Part shown: piece after piece, positions 26,700-40,049 of the stretch
Layout: each line of letters begins with the position of its first letter
Numbering within the stretch: the stretch's first letter is position 1
NCBI RefSeq assembly: GCF_023055435.1
Contig: NW_025963868.1
Coordinates: 3,100,001 to 3,164,000, forward strand
Origin: Haliotis rufescens
Taxonomy: Eukaryota
Direction: 5' to 3'
DNA length: 64,000 bases
Notes under the pieces: generated by a model
Database searches by the model: none
Told to the model about the DNA's origin: nothing
What the model saw: only the letters and a program-made list of their open reading frames with translations
Translations under genes and position numbers: made by a program

Positions 26700-27490
26700 C
26701 AGACAGACAAGAAGTAGTATCATACTACAAATATCTTGGCTTAACAATTTCATGTCGATATTTATTTACAAAAGCCGGTCACCAATTAAGGCAATTTTAG
26801 CAGAAGTGGAAGGCACCTGATATATATACACTATCAATGTAGAGTTATCTCATACTGGAAACGTTTGCTCAGACAACCAGATACATGATAATCTAGACGA
26901 TGCTAGTACATGCTTAAGCGCCTTGATGAATTTGGGGATATAAACTGGGCCTGAGCTGTTAGAGAAATTCTTTTTTCCCATGGATTTGCATACGTGTGGG
27001 AATACCAGGATGTTGGAAATAAAATGATGTTCTGAACAATGTTTAAATAACGATGTAAACATATGAATTTTAAAGGCTCGTCTGCTGATATCAGATGTTC
27101 AAAAATCGTGACATGCTTATTCAATGTTAAAGATGGAAATAATACCAGAAATGTATTTAACAACTATTCGATCTTTATCTTTACGCAGATGTTTAACGAA
27201 GTTCAGGTGTGGTATACAAGCCCTCAATATACAATTATACAGACATTCCAGAGATAATGATGTTCTCACATCGATGTGCCCTTTCTGCAAATATTACCAA
27301 GAAGTTGAATACCATATATTATTGATATGTCCAGTATATGAAGTTATAAGAATCAAATACCTGCTAACTATTATTGTACGTACCCATCACAAAGAAAATT
27401 TGTAAAGTTAATGAACAGCAAAAATAGCCATATTCTTCTCAGACTTGCAGTTTGTGTTTATAAGATATTTGAAAGAAGGATAAGACATTG
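26700..27490 (+). mobile_element. Non-LTR retrotransposon 3' remnant (internally deleted copy of 42790-43820)
   Basis: YYKYLG and LTKFRCG..CPFC..E.EYHILLICPVY C-terminal CCHC region. Confidence 0.75.
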
Positions 27491-28199
27491 AATATTAATA
27501 AAACTGTGTACACATATTCAACTACAATCTAATCACTATACAAGTGGTGCTCCATGACGAATTTTCCTACAATAAAATGTCATTGTACTATTGGACTCAT
27601 GGCCACACATACGAAATAAATCTGTCTGTGTGTCATTACAAAGTACATGTACATGGATAACATAATCTTGTGCAAATCCTCACCTGTGCGTTTATCTTCA
27701 GTTCAGAGATCACTCGACAACGAAATGTTCTTTTTCAGAAGTACTATGTGGTGATAAATATTTGAAATAGTGGTGCTCACAAACAAAGGGTCATAATCGG
27801 GACGCATCTGGGATCATTGGGCGGAGGCAACAGTGAATTGCAGAACCTGGGGTGAATGGACAACCCGTGGCACTCACACTTAAATTATTAAGCGTCAAGT
27901 AACGTGTCAACTGTTTCAAATAAAAGCAAATATAACGATAAAAAAGTGACATATATATTGTTAAAGCGTAAATATTATTAAATATATATAAAAAAACCAG
28001 ATTAATGTAATATTGATTTATAAACATATTTTTTCTCATTATTATTGTATAGCAAGTTAGAAGCTTCAAGCTTACAAGCTACAGCCTGGCTCATAATGTA
28101 TAAAAGACTGCATTGCGCAAACGCAGCCGTTCACCAGAGCCTCGCTGGTGGCCTTGTATCGCGCATCATGGTAAACTATTTCCCATAAAGTTCCTCCAT

Positions 28200-28778
28200 A
28201 AAGGAAGCTGAAGAATAGACAAACATGTAGATGTGGAACTGTTCCCTCTCACGAGGCTGAATCTGGTACTGTGGTCCTCTATAGAGGATGCTGAAGGGTG
28301 GAGACACGTGTAGATGTGGAACTGTTCCCTCCCACAAGGCTGCACCTGGTACTGTGGTCCTCTGTAGAGGAAGCTGAAGGGTGGAGACATCCCGTTACAT
28401 TACTCTTCACCTGATACAGTGGTCCTCTGTAGAGGAAGTTGAAGGGTGGAGACACGTGTAGATGTGGAACTGTTCACTCCCACGAGGCTGCACCTGGCAC
28501 CGTGGTCCTCTGTAGAGGAAGCTGAAGGGTGGAGACATCCCTTTACATTACTCTTCACCTGATACAGTGGTCCTCTGTAGAGGAAGTTGAAGGGTGGAGA
28601 CACGTGTAGATGTGGAACTGTTCCCTCTCAGGAAACTACTCCTGGTACCGTGGTTCTCTGTAGAGGAGCCTGAAGGGTGGAGAGACACTCTCTTACATTA
28701 CTCTTCATCTGGTACTGTGGTACTCTGTAGAGGAAGCTGAAGGGTGGAGAGACGTGTAGATGTGAAACTGTTCCCTCA
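28200..28778 (-). repeat. Degenerate tandem copies of the final-exon module (EQFHIYTSLHPSASSTE) running into the gene 2 3' UTR
   Basis: GGAACAGTTCCACATCTACAC and CACCCTTCAGCTTCCTCTACAGAGGACCAC recur several times downstream of the stop at 28705-28707. Confidence 0.85.
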
Positions 28779-31700
28779 GTAGTCGCTCATAATCATGCAA
28801 GGATAAGGAATCCTCGTCGTTGATGGCAGCACTGATGTCACAGGATAGCCTCTCGCCCACCACAGTGAGATATTCACCACACCTATGATTAGAACAATTA
28901 CATCACAATTTAAAGATGACATTAACTTACACAGACGTATGCAGGTATGTTACTTAAATGCGGCTGGCAATGCAACCTATTATATGAAGTGAAATCATTT
29001 CGTTCCAAGCAAATTATCCATCTCGAACACAACAACAACACCACCAGTTAACCGGTTCTGTACTAAAAGTACATTTGTGTGATTACCATCACAAGATGCA
29101 CAAAATACTATCACTTCATCTTTTGCAACACATAAAACCAAATCCAGGCTCGGTTTATTCAGCGAGTGTCTTAGTTTTCACAGGTAGTTTGAGTAAAGGA
29201 TGTCGTTGAACACTAGCGTGAGAGAGTGAGTGAGTGAGTGAGGTTTTACGCCACTTTTAGCAATAGTCCAGCAATATCACAGTGGGGCTTCACACATTGT
29301 ACCCATATCGGGAATTGAACCCGGGTCTTCGGCGTGACGAGCGAACGCTTTAACCACCAGGCTACCCCACCGCCCCATTTTATACAAGAGACAGCAACAG
29401 GTCATGCATTTGGGGTTGTTCTAATGGTAAGTAGTTAACCCGTATTGGATACATACTTCTCAAGCATTTAACCTGAAACAATACAAAATGTATGTACCTG
29501 ATGTCTTGGTCATCTGAAAGTAAAGCAAAAAGAGCATTTGTAAAGTTCTGTAATAAAGGAATCTTTGTAATGTATTTTTTACTGAATAAGAACAACACTG
29601 GCAAAATGAGCCTTCAGCCCTTTTAGACATTTGAAGTAGGGAAACGTTTGTTTGTTTGTTTTTGTCTGTTGTTTCACTCCTTGCGTAGCAATATTCTGGC
29701 TATATGACAGGGTCTGAAATAATCGAGTCTGGACCACACTATCCATTGACTGACGTCGTGCATCAACCAAGCCAGTGATTTTAACCGCCCGAACGCGTTA
29801 CTTGCCTTTTATCACAAGCCTGCTAATAGGCTGAAGAAGACCAATTCTAACCAGGATCTTCATGGCGTGGTGTGGCGTGGTGTGGTGTGTGGGGTGATGA
29901 GTCTACTTATGGTTGATTGCATTGTAAGAGAGTAATTTGTTTACTCACCTTTCACGTCCTTGCAGACAAGAATAGCAACTGCTGCAACCACAACAGCCAC
30001 AGCAGTGAGCATAACAGAGTAGACGGCTACGACAGGGACGATGTCGTCTACGTTTACGTCATCTTCTGGCGTAAGACAAAGGTGAATCACATGTTTATTC
30101 AAAATGATAAGTCAATGCCTACCAATCAGGGACATTTTTTAAACATAGAGACTCCCCATTTTATATTCCATGTTACTTTGAATATACAAATTGATATTCG
30201 GATATAGGCTATGTCTAGCGAATCTTTTATTTGTATACCTGAAAATAGTTTTTGGGTGTGAACATTTCTTTTTTCAAGAAAACGAATCTGAGTAAACCAC
30301 GATCCTTTTCAAGCTAACGAAGCCCTGTCTAGACCTCAGATGTCACTACAACGAAGTTCAAAAAACGAAACGAACAATGAACAATGGCCATAACTTATGA
30401 CGAGGAGTATGACCACTACAGCTAACAAACCAACTGAATCTTTTTCTCAAACATGACGTATTACACCACCCAGGTGATGAGTCATGATGATTCATTTCAA
30501 AGTGTCATAAAAGAAGTATTATGACTTTTAAAATAAAGTATGTCCGCTGGTGCATTTGACTTATTCTTCGATAGGTATAATAAAATCGTTATTGTTATCT
30601 TTTTGTTTTAAAATATTAAGCAATATATTTGACTCCTATTGTGTGCTTCTTGGCTTCAGGAGTTAAATTGGCTTACAGTACGTCGTTCGATAAGTACCAA
30701 ATACGGCAGTTCGAGTTATACGGGCGTTACAAAATCGCATCAACAGACAACCTTTAGAGACCAACCTTCTATCTCCTGGTAGCTCCCTTCTTGTCCCTCA
30801 TCCCGGGTAAATGAGACGACGCTGTTGAAAATGAATAAAAAAGTGATCGAAATAAGACGAAAAGATCGAGGCAAATTAACTGTGGAACACTATCAATTTA
30901 CATTGTGCTCCATATTGTAGAGATGTAGTTTCGCTCTTATGCCATGCAAGGTCATATGACTGTACAGAGGTGAACAATTTATTCATTTCACTTGAATATC
31001 GATGGCAAATACTCACCGGTTATTAATGTTTCCTCCCTCTGAAAGTTACAATGTTCTGCAGTTAATTATATATAATAATGACTCTGATCATTGCATACCA
31101 TTAAAATGCTGGTAACTAGTTTGAATTTTGCACAATGATATTCTTGTATTCTTTTTACACGTTTTGGAGGTTTAGAAGTTTAATAGACACTGCACTGATA
31201 TAATAAAAATAAAGGTCCATCAGTGCTAAACGTTTCTTAGAAGTCACAACTTGACTGCAGATACCAAATAATGGTATGTGTTTAGTTATTACTTAAGGGT
31301 ATGTTCGTTTACAGCTTTCCAAATCAACTACATATATAAGCAAGAACTGTAATGATTCAAGACGACCCTTGTAACATTAAAGAAACATCATCGGAATTAA
31401 TTCATATGGCGTTTGAAATACTAATGATGACTAACAAAACCAACCATCTATTTCCTGGTAGCTCCCGTCTGTTTCTGTGTCCCGGGTATACGTGACCACG
31501 CTGATGTAAAGGATGTTGGAAGTGATTGAAAAAGAAGAAACTAATCAAGGCAAACTCGTCACAAGATAATTTGTGAAACACTATCAGTTTAGATTGTACT
31601 CTAAATGACATAGATAGTTTGGTTTTATAGTCATGCGAGGTCAAATTACTCTGTTTCAGATTTACCCGTTTGCCTTGATGGATAGCAGGTACTCACCGGT

Positions 31701-34700
31701 TATGGAAGTATCCCCTCCCTGAAAGATATAATTTTGTGTTGTTAATCATGTATACAAAATGTAAGATGAAATGTGATAGCTACACGAACTTTGCACAACG
31801 ATATGTGACTGTTTACCCAAGATTGAGGAAAAGTGTCAAAGAAGTATTAATATTGTCATGAAGGCAGTACAACTGTCGACCTTGAAGCTGAAGGTCCATC
31901 AGTGCTATACGTGTCTTCAGAGTAACAAGATCACGACAGAGAAACAAAGCAATGATAAATGTTATAGGCGTTGTGTTATCTTTCTCATCATAGCGACAAA
32001 GAGGGTTTTGTCCTTCAGATTGCCATAACATGTCCACAATTCCACGTATCCTATCGATCGTCACATGCGCACAGCAAAGTCAAAGAGAAAGTGACAAAAC
32101 TACCTCTGAATGATATGAATCATACTTCATACAGTCTTTCTGTTTATCAACAGCGTCGGTATTGTAAGAGCGATGAAATCATGCTATGTTGGTTTGAACA
32201 GAGTCACAGAGAAGGAAGACATTTTCAAATAGAAACCATCCCAGTTGCCTTTTTATTCACATTATCGAAGTTTTCAAATAAGCTTAATTCATATTTATTC
32301 CACTTTCACCACGTCTTCTGACACACTGTATTTATGAGAGAGTAAGGTTTTTCATAGGATCTCAGTTGTAGTATCTCTGAAAGGATATGAAACTCATCCC
32401 TTATGTGCTGGTCACTGATTCCCTTTCCTCGCACAGTCTTGGTTTTGATCCTTGATGATTACTAATAATGACAATCAAGGTCGTCTTTACATTTAATCAA
32501 AATTCAAACACAAGCAAAATTAACTAATGAGCTGTAGGATAGATCCACTTATATAAATAACACAAGCTGATCATATCATATATTACTTGTTAGGATGAAA
32601 CACTTCCTGAGGTAAAAAGCAAGCTCATACAATTATTCAATAACATTTTGTGTTCCTTATGCATTGTGCTGAACTAGCAGTTATTTTATCACCATTCATT
32701 TGAAAGCGTTTACATTGATATTCTATCGTGACAACTATTTCCGCGTGGCGATTCACTGGACTACCCTCACACATCGCATAATGTGAGGACTTTCAAACCC
32801 AGAATAGCTTGTGTAGAATTTGCAGTTGTTTCAGTCGATCAAATAACCCACTTCTCAGGGGTAGTTAATGTTACTGAAGGACGGTTGCTGATATCTTGTT
32901 AAAACAAACCAGTGGTCAATAATGTGAACAACGACCCACACAACCTGGTTAAATTTGGTGTGCACGCATCTATATCCTCCCATGTTCAATTAGGAGACAA
33001 ACGAATTCTGTTTTCAATAAAGAGATTTCGAACGAAGATTTGATACCTGTAAATTTCATTTGAAACCGAACGGAATATCACTTTACACTCTCTCAGTATT
33101 TGTTCGTCAAGATTTCCGACGGAACACTGACACACTTGCTGGAAATACTGTAGGAACCGCAATACGTTATTCAGCAAGGTGAATGAAGAAAGATCAATAT
33201 TGGAATTTGCCAAACGAAAGTGAGAAAGAAGTGCTTCTGAATAAGTATTTTCTTTTGCGGTTTTCTGCACTATCATGGTGTAACTTAGATTCGATACCGC
33301 CAGCGGACCAATAAGAATTGATGATTCTAAAACGTCATGGTAGAATAGTTAATGTGACTCTCACGTTGTACTCAATCACTCTCACATCGCAGTTTTACCT
33401 TTACGTGTCTGTTTTCTACAAACAACAACTATGACAACCACAGCGATGACGACGATCAGGACAGAACAGACAGCAGCCACAGGGACGAGGAAAACGTCGC
33501 TAGCGTCAGTAACCTCATGTGCTGGAACATTCAAAATGGAAAACATGTAGTTTGTCATGATTGTAATCGTGTTGTTTTTTTTATAGATAACCTCTTGGAG
33601 TGCCAGATGGTTGGCTGGAATATTTCATACCAGAGCCATTCCATATCATGCGTATTTTGGTCGGGTGTGGTATTCTTTCTTGTTATTCCTCTCAGTAGAG
33701 TGAGTGAGTGGGTGAGTGTATGGCTTTACGTCGCTTTTAGCAATATTCCAGTAATATTACAGCTTGAATCCTGGAAGATTCGCTTGTCGCGAATGTTGAG
33801 AGCCATTCGAAGACTTGTGTTGAATTACATAGTACATAAACAATGTGTTAGGATTTCTGTCTTAATATTCTTTTGCCACTAGCCTTTGTAGAAAGTTCTG
33901 GAAGCTAGATACACGATATAAGTGGGCGCGTGCCTATCTGTTCTTACAAATTTTAGCTGAGATTACGCAGGGACCCGCTTATATGTGAAGATTACTTTTC
34001 ACCCTGGATTCCTTGCCAAGGCCTATCTCGGAAGCACGACAACTGTTGCGGCGAGGTGCTTATTATTATTATTATCATTGTCATTTCCGTTGTTCTCATA
34101 TTTTATACTGCCAATGAATATTGTACTACCATTCTATTGTGCATTGCAATTGTAATTGCTGTGCAGTAGTTTGTATTGATTTGTAAACTCAGGGAATTTT
34201 GTAATACATTTGCTGATTGTATAACATTTGTTAGCTTTCAATTTGGGACATAAACATAGGTTTTATCCAATCAATGCTGGCATGTTACATATTCAGGTAC
34301 TAAAGTCTATCATCAGCAATGTTGGGAAAGTCTTACAGAAAACTTCAAGCGTCAGGTTCCGTGATGTATTCCCATGTATGTTGTTGACGTGACACGTGTA
34401 CTGTCCAGACACAGATCTGTCTACAGCTGGTATATACAACACAGCCTCCCTCTGTCCCGTGATCACCCTCTGTCTGGATGTGTCCCACCAGGTCACAGTG
34501 CAGACGGGGTTACAGTCAGCAGAACATCTCACTGTGGTAGTTTTCCCTTCTTCTGCCTTTAGCCTGCCACTTGCACCGTTAAACTGTATCTGGTCTGGTC
34601 CATCTGGAATGTGTGAAGTGCTAAGTAAGTCTACATTGTACCTCCAGGCAGCAATGGAAAATGCCAATGCACGCAATAACTGATCCAAAACCTGTCCAAA

Positions 34701-37700
34701 ATGATTTCTGAGAGACAAATGTGCAGTTTGTTTCTGTGACGTTTATGTGAGAATACTTATATGTACACGTGCAGTTTGTGTTTGTAATAAATTTGAAGAA
34801 AAAAAGGTTTCCTTAAACAGACGGATGGACCTACGGACAACAGATGAATGAAACCCATAATATAATTTTACGCAATTTAACAAAAAAGGGATCGTGGGTG
34901 ATTAGCAACAATGCAAATAACGTTCATATTTTATGATACCTGCAAGGAATTCTTTCAGGTAAAGTGTATTCAAGCAGAAAGTATTCTCAGACAAGGAATG
35001 CAAAGTGTTACTTTGAAACAGAAGTAAACGGGGCGAGAGAAAAATGAGAGTAGCGCACAAATAGCAAGTAAAGATAAGGTAAGAGATCTATTCAGACACA
35101 TTGCTTATGACTTCATATATGATGTGTTAATCCGGCATGATCGTTGTATACCGTAAAGAAAGGTGAGACGTCCAAATCAAAACCACCAAGTATTACGTTT
35201 ACAATGGATAGTTTACATAAATGAGAAGGCAATTGAAAAGTTGATGAGAGACAACAATGTAATTTATAATGTTAAAGTTTCACTTCATCGCTCTATAGAA
35301 TCGACGGTATAGTAAAGTATCTAAGCTATCAAGAAATCATTTTAGAATACATAGAATTTCAACCCGTGATCTAGATATTCTTGGAACAACAGTACATTTG
35401 TATATCATTTTGTAAACTATCAGTATTTGAAATCGGTACCGGAAACGAATGCTTCTTAAAACAGTTCCATTCTAAAAGACCACCTCTGTGGTCTAGTGGT
35501 AGAGCGTCCGCCCGCGGAGAGGAAGGTCCGGGGTTCAATTTCCGCCTGCGTCATACCAAAAGCCGTTAAAAGATGGTGCTTGTTGTAACCCCGTCTGGTA
35601 TCTCAGTCAGCTAGCACTCTATATTGTGATAAGTNNNNNNNNNNNNNNNNNNNNNNNNNNNNNNNNNNNNNNNNNNNNNNNNNNNNNNNNNNNNNNNNNN
35701 NNNNNNNNNNNNNNNNNNNNNNNNNNNNNNNNNNNNNNNNNNNNNNNNNNNNNNNNNNNNNNNNNNNNNNNNNNNNNNNNNNNNNNNNNNNNNNNNNNNN
35801 NNNNNNNNNNNNNNNNNNNNNNNCGCGACGTTAAACCCAATTTCACTTCACCTCCGTTCTAAAAACACCGTCTCCTTGAATCATATTGTTGAGTTGAGTT
35901 GTCAGCATGTAGAATTCACCCGCCTTTGAAGAAATTTACTCAGTAAATGAAACTGATAACCACAATTGTTGTATGACCAATGAAATCAGTACAACGGAAT
36001 GAACCGTTTTCAGGAAGATATCGCTCAGTGGAGGGTAGGTCAACCAGGTTTCGCTGTATGCTGTGTGGCTGTATGATACATCATGCTCTTCATATGACCC
36101 GGAGGTACTCGACTATCATGTTCAGCCTTCATGTTTGAATTGTCCATCATAAATACAGCAGGAACATGATCAACGTTCTTACCGTAATACCACCACTTTC
36201 TAAAAAAACAGGTCCAAACAATATCGACTAATATATGTGCTAAGCTAAACATTTGAAGCCAATTTTGGTTGGTAAATGACCACTTCTCAGAGAGTGCTGT
36301 GAACTTTTTGTAGTCATCATACATTTCGAATTCCCTTTGAAAAGGCCTAGGAAGCTGAAACCTTGCATGACTGATTTTGGCTATGGTGCCTTTAATTCCG
36401 ATCCGACCCGCCAATATACTTTGGTAGTAATTATTCAGAACATGAACGTTCTCTGTAGACAATACACAAGACTTCAACAAATACAGCTGTTACAAAGCTG
36501 TCGTTTATAACCACAGTTGCAAAGACAAGGAAAACTTCGTTCTCATTCCTTAAACAAGGTAAGTGCTTACTCACAGTGAACCTCGAGTACATGTCCGTGA
36601 CTCCAGTCAGACTCCAGCCCCTCCTCCACAGCCTGGCAGGTGTAGATGTCTCCCTGGTTCTCTCTGCTGATGTGGGTTATTGTCAGGACATCTCCGCCTG
36701 TGTGAGACCCGTCACCAGATTCCAGCAGGGTCCTGTTCCTCCTCCAGGAATAGATCATGTTCAGTCGGGGGTGGTCCGGGGGCAGACTCCGAGAGGAGGA
36801 GGAGCATGTCAGGGTAACATTCTCACCTGATACAGCTGAGGCAGGTCCTGTGATGGCAGGTGTGGTCGGCTTCTCTGTTAAACATATTGATCTTTAATAA
36901 TTAAAGCAAGGCCATAATATTGCATCACTGTATATATCAAGTTCATAGAGTAAGTGAGTGAGTGAGTGAGTATGATTTTATGTCGCTTTTAGCAATATTC
37001 CAGTAATAACAGGGCGAGCAACACCAGAAATTGGCTTCACACATTGTACCCACGAGGGGATAGAACCGGGTCTTCGGCGTGACGGACCGCCCCCGTGGAC
37101 TAGTGATGTAGAACGTCCGCCCGGAGAGTGTAAAGTCCGGGGTTCGATTCCCGGCCGTGTTATACCACAAGACGTTAAAATATGGTACTTGTTGTTACCC
37201 TGTCCGACGCTCAGCACGTAACACCGTCAAGATGCAACAAGGAGACGACTTCAGAAACTGCAGGGTGTTTTTATTCCCAACGTAGTCTTCCCTGGACCAC
37301 CTGAGACTGAGAGCTTGTCTGGACTAGATGGGACCACGACAGGAACTGCCATGCCTTGTACTATGCTATCTATTTAATTTATCTGTTATCACCTGCTACA
37401 TCCACAGTTGACATATTAATAACTTTTAAGGTACACAGCGGCCTGATATAATCTTTAGTAATCACGACTAACCACATGTGCAGTGATGCTGGTTCTATAT
37501 TATAATATACGTATAATTATTAGTATACATGTATGTTATCGTGTCTTGGCTTATTAGGAATATAGATTTTACTTGGCCATATTACCCTTGGTGCACTTTG
37601 TTACAAGCATTAAGGGGCTAAAACAAGGACTGGTCGGCTCGGAGCAAGTATACTGTGTCTGAGTGAGGATTCATTTTAAACTGCGGGATGGTATCTCAGT

Positions 37701-38997
37701 GTGCTAGCACTATAAATCGGCATCAGTCCGGACTAGTATAAGCAGCCACACACATACACGTGCATGTATGTCGCTACATAAGAGCAATAATCTAAGACGC
37801 AACGTTAAAGCCAATTTCACCTCACCTTACCTCACCTCACCTCACCTCACCTCACCTCACCTCACCTCACCTCACCTTCGGCGTGACGAGCGAACGCTTT
37901 AACAACTAGGCTACCCCACCATGTCTCGACAATTATATTATTGCAATATTCGAACCTCGTCATTTCTATATCTTATCATATACAACACGTTGACTTTATT
38001 TCCCCAAATGTTGTCAGTTTTCCATTGCTATAACATAACGCAAATTAAATTGTCGAGATCCAGTTCAAATTTCTGATGAGTGAAAGTGATACTAGTATAT
38101 ATATTTGCGGGTTTTCTTTCAATCATGCCATATCTTGGAATTTAATTTGTAATCGATGGCAGGAGATTTAAATTCTTAAATTCCAAAGGATAGCGTTAGT
38201 CCCCATGTCACATTACCCGTGTAACAACTGCACAGGTTGTAAATGTGACGTCGATGACGCCGCCTTGCCGAATACCTCAACTCTCCTGTCCCATCATAAA
38301 GTAGTGTTCCGCTTCTTATTAATGGTTTTACTTCCTCTAGAACTCTAAAGGTCTGCTGCTAATGACAATACAAGCGTTCCAGCGATGTTTTTAATGTTTT
38401 GTTTTCATAACGGCAATGTATTTTTATTCATTTCTTGACATATTATTTTTTAACTATTATTCTGTGAGTTCCATATAATACTTACGTGACACAACGAGGA
38501 CCTGTCTACATCCGGGTATTATCTGTTTATTGTTTCCTTGACAGTAGTAAGCACCAGCGTCCTGTACAGTAACATTGTAGATGGTAAACCTCAGCTGTCC
38601 AGTCTGTGATAGTGAGTCCTCCCCTGTGTATCTGATCCTGGTCGTGTAGCCGGTGTGACTGCTGTTGAGTACCAATACCCGGTGTGACAGAGGCACGACC
38701 ACTAACAGTCTCCTCCATACGTAATAGTGGAATCTGACATTAGCAGGATTCATGGTTATGTTAACATCGTAGCCAACACGTGTGACAGTGTGTAGGTAGT
38801 CAGTCACGGAGGCCAGACCTGCACATAAAACAAATACTCATCATAGAAACTCATTAATTAATGAATATTGACAGTTGACAGAAAACAACAACATAAAAAC
38901 AACTATATATAATGCCAAGTTCTGTTGACGAAGACAGATACATACCACGCCCATACAGTCCTCCCGCCACAACGTAAAACAAGAACATAGTCGCCAT
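28705..38997 (-). CDS. IgSF type-I receptor, gene 2 (SP-V-Ig-Ig-TM, ITAM-bearing tail)
   Basis: Exons 38946-38997, 38486-38818 (V), 36575-36874, 34337-34603, TM-A 33399-33521, 31697-31718 (22 nt), 31445-31500 (VVTYTRDTETDGSYQEID), 31017-31038 (22 nt), 30766-30821 (VVSFTRDEGQEGSYQEIE), 29498-29513 (16 nt), 28705-28882 (CGEYLTV..LHDYERLLREQFHIYTSL..*). All GT-AG, with an open frame throughout. Confidence 0.82.
29949..30062 (-). CDS. Alternative transmembrane exon TM-B of gene 2
   Basis: Phase 1-1 exon (Y)DVNVDDIVPVVAVYSVMLTAVAVVVAAVAILVCKDVK, donor GTGAGT, CAGAAG tandem acceptor. An intact copy is present in gene 3. Confidence 0.72.
35478..35856 (+). mobile_element. SINE family A spanning an assembly gap
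   Basis: tRNA-like head and family A tail with a TTCTAAAA TSD. The same insertion is in gene 3 (52005-52191, truncated) but absent from gene 1. Confidence 0.8.
36950..37920. mobile_element. Nested insertion: SINE B(-) interrupted by SINE A(+), itself interrupted by a solo-LTR-like element
   Basis: SINE A is flanked by a 13-bp TSD CTTCGGCGTGACG. The insert at 37217-37605 has (C)GTAAC...GTTACA ends and a 4-bp TSD AGCA. Confidence 0.82.
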
Positions 38998-40049
38998 GGC
39001 GTTCAGTTAATACTGACAGATTTCAGCTTCTGACGTACTATGAGAGTGATGTGTCACAAAATAGTTTCACTTGACTATTTCCGTATTGAATTAATTATAT
39101 CCTTGTTTACTCAAACAGTAGTTAATAGGCCGAGTACAGCTATTCTCCTATGGATGAATATTGAATGCTGTATTGTGATGCAACTTACTTGGCAACAGGC
39201 CTCTAAATGCTGTCGGGTCTGGTATACATATATATCTAAATACTATGACTCTATAATCCCTCTATTGTCCTCGTTTATTACTCTCTAATGCACTCCCAAA
39301 CAAGGTGTAAGTGTAACTATTGATATCACATCACCAATATAATGCAGGTCATCTTAGTAGTGAACACATCTTCAACAGAGTTATAACTGATGGCACTAAT
39401 GCAGAGCCAGTGACACTAGAACTGGGTGGCTGCTTAACGCAAGGGAGATGTACCTTCCATGTAAAGGGGGACAACTCAGTACACATTCTATCACGTGTGT
39501 TTTTCAGAACTGAAAGTGTCTGCTGGAAGTTTCAATCCAAATCATGAAGCACAGATTATTTTTCTCTTTCTCCTCCTTTCTTTCTCTTCCCCATCATTAC
39601 TGTCTATACACAAGATGTGCATGTATCCAGATGAATACTGATTATGCTGACGTCTATTTTCTGTTATCTGAGCCAGGATCGTGTTGTTTTTCAGTATAAT
39701 ACTTTGTGATTCTGATAAAGTAAAGTCACTGTGTTGGACTGTATCAACTCTCTATTGTTCACGCCTTACTCCAATACACGTAAAAACAAGGTGTGAATGC
39801 AGCTATTAGTTTCACATCACCAATATAGTGCAGATGACAATAGCGGTGGTAATGTCGGCAACAAGTGACACTAGACAAGTGACAAGTGACACTAGAACTA
39901 GGTGGCTGTGAAATCAAGGGAAATTCACCACTGAAAGGGTCTGCTTGTGGTCTAATCTTAATCATATAGCAGGGATTATTTTTTCTAGCTGTCTTTTTCC
40001 CATCATTAGATTTTATGTGCAAATCATGCGCATGTCCAAATTGGCAAGA

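Noticed and set aside
29457-29472. Second 16-nt AG..GT segment next to the micro-exon
   Set aside because: It gives stops in the usable phases, and its presence in gene 3 is explained by the recent duplication; no independent support.
30330-30435. Hydrophobic stretch GLLAVVVILLVIS as a third TM exon
   Set aside because: No convincing donor or basic stop-transfer residues, and it runs into a stop.
31402-31644. ORF with a hydrophobic C-terminus, GPI-signal-like (also 48198-48434)
   Set aside because: Overlaps the 56-nt YQEI exon in another frame; the rest is polypyrimidine tract and intron.
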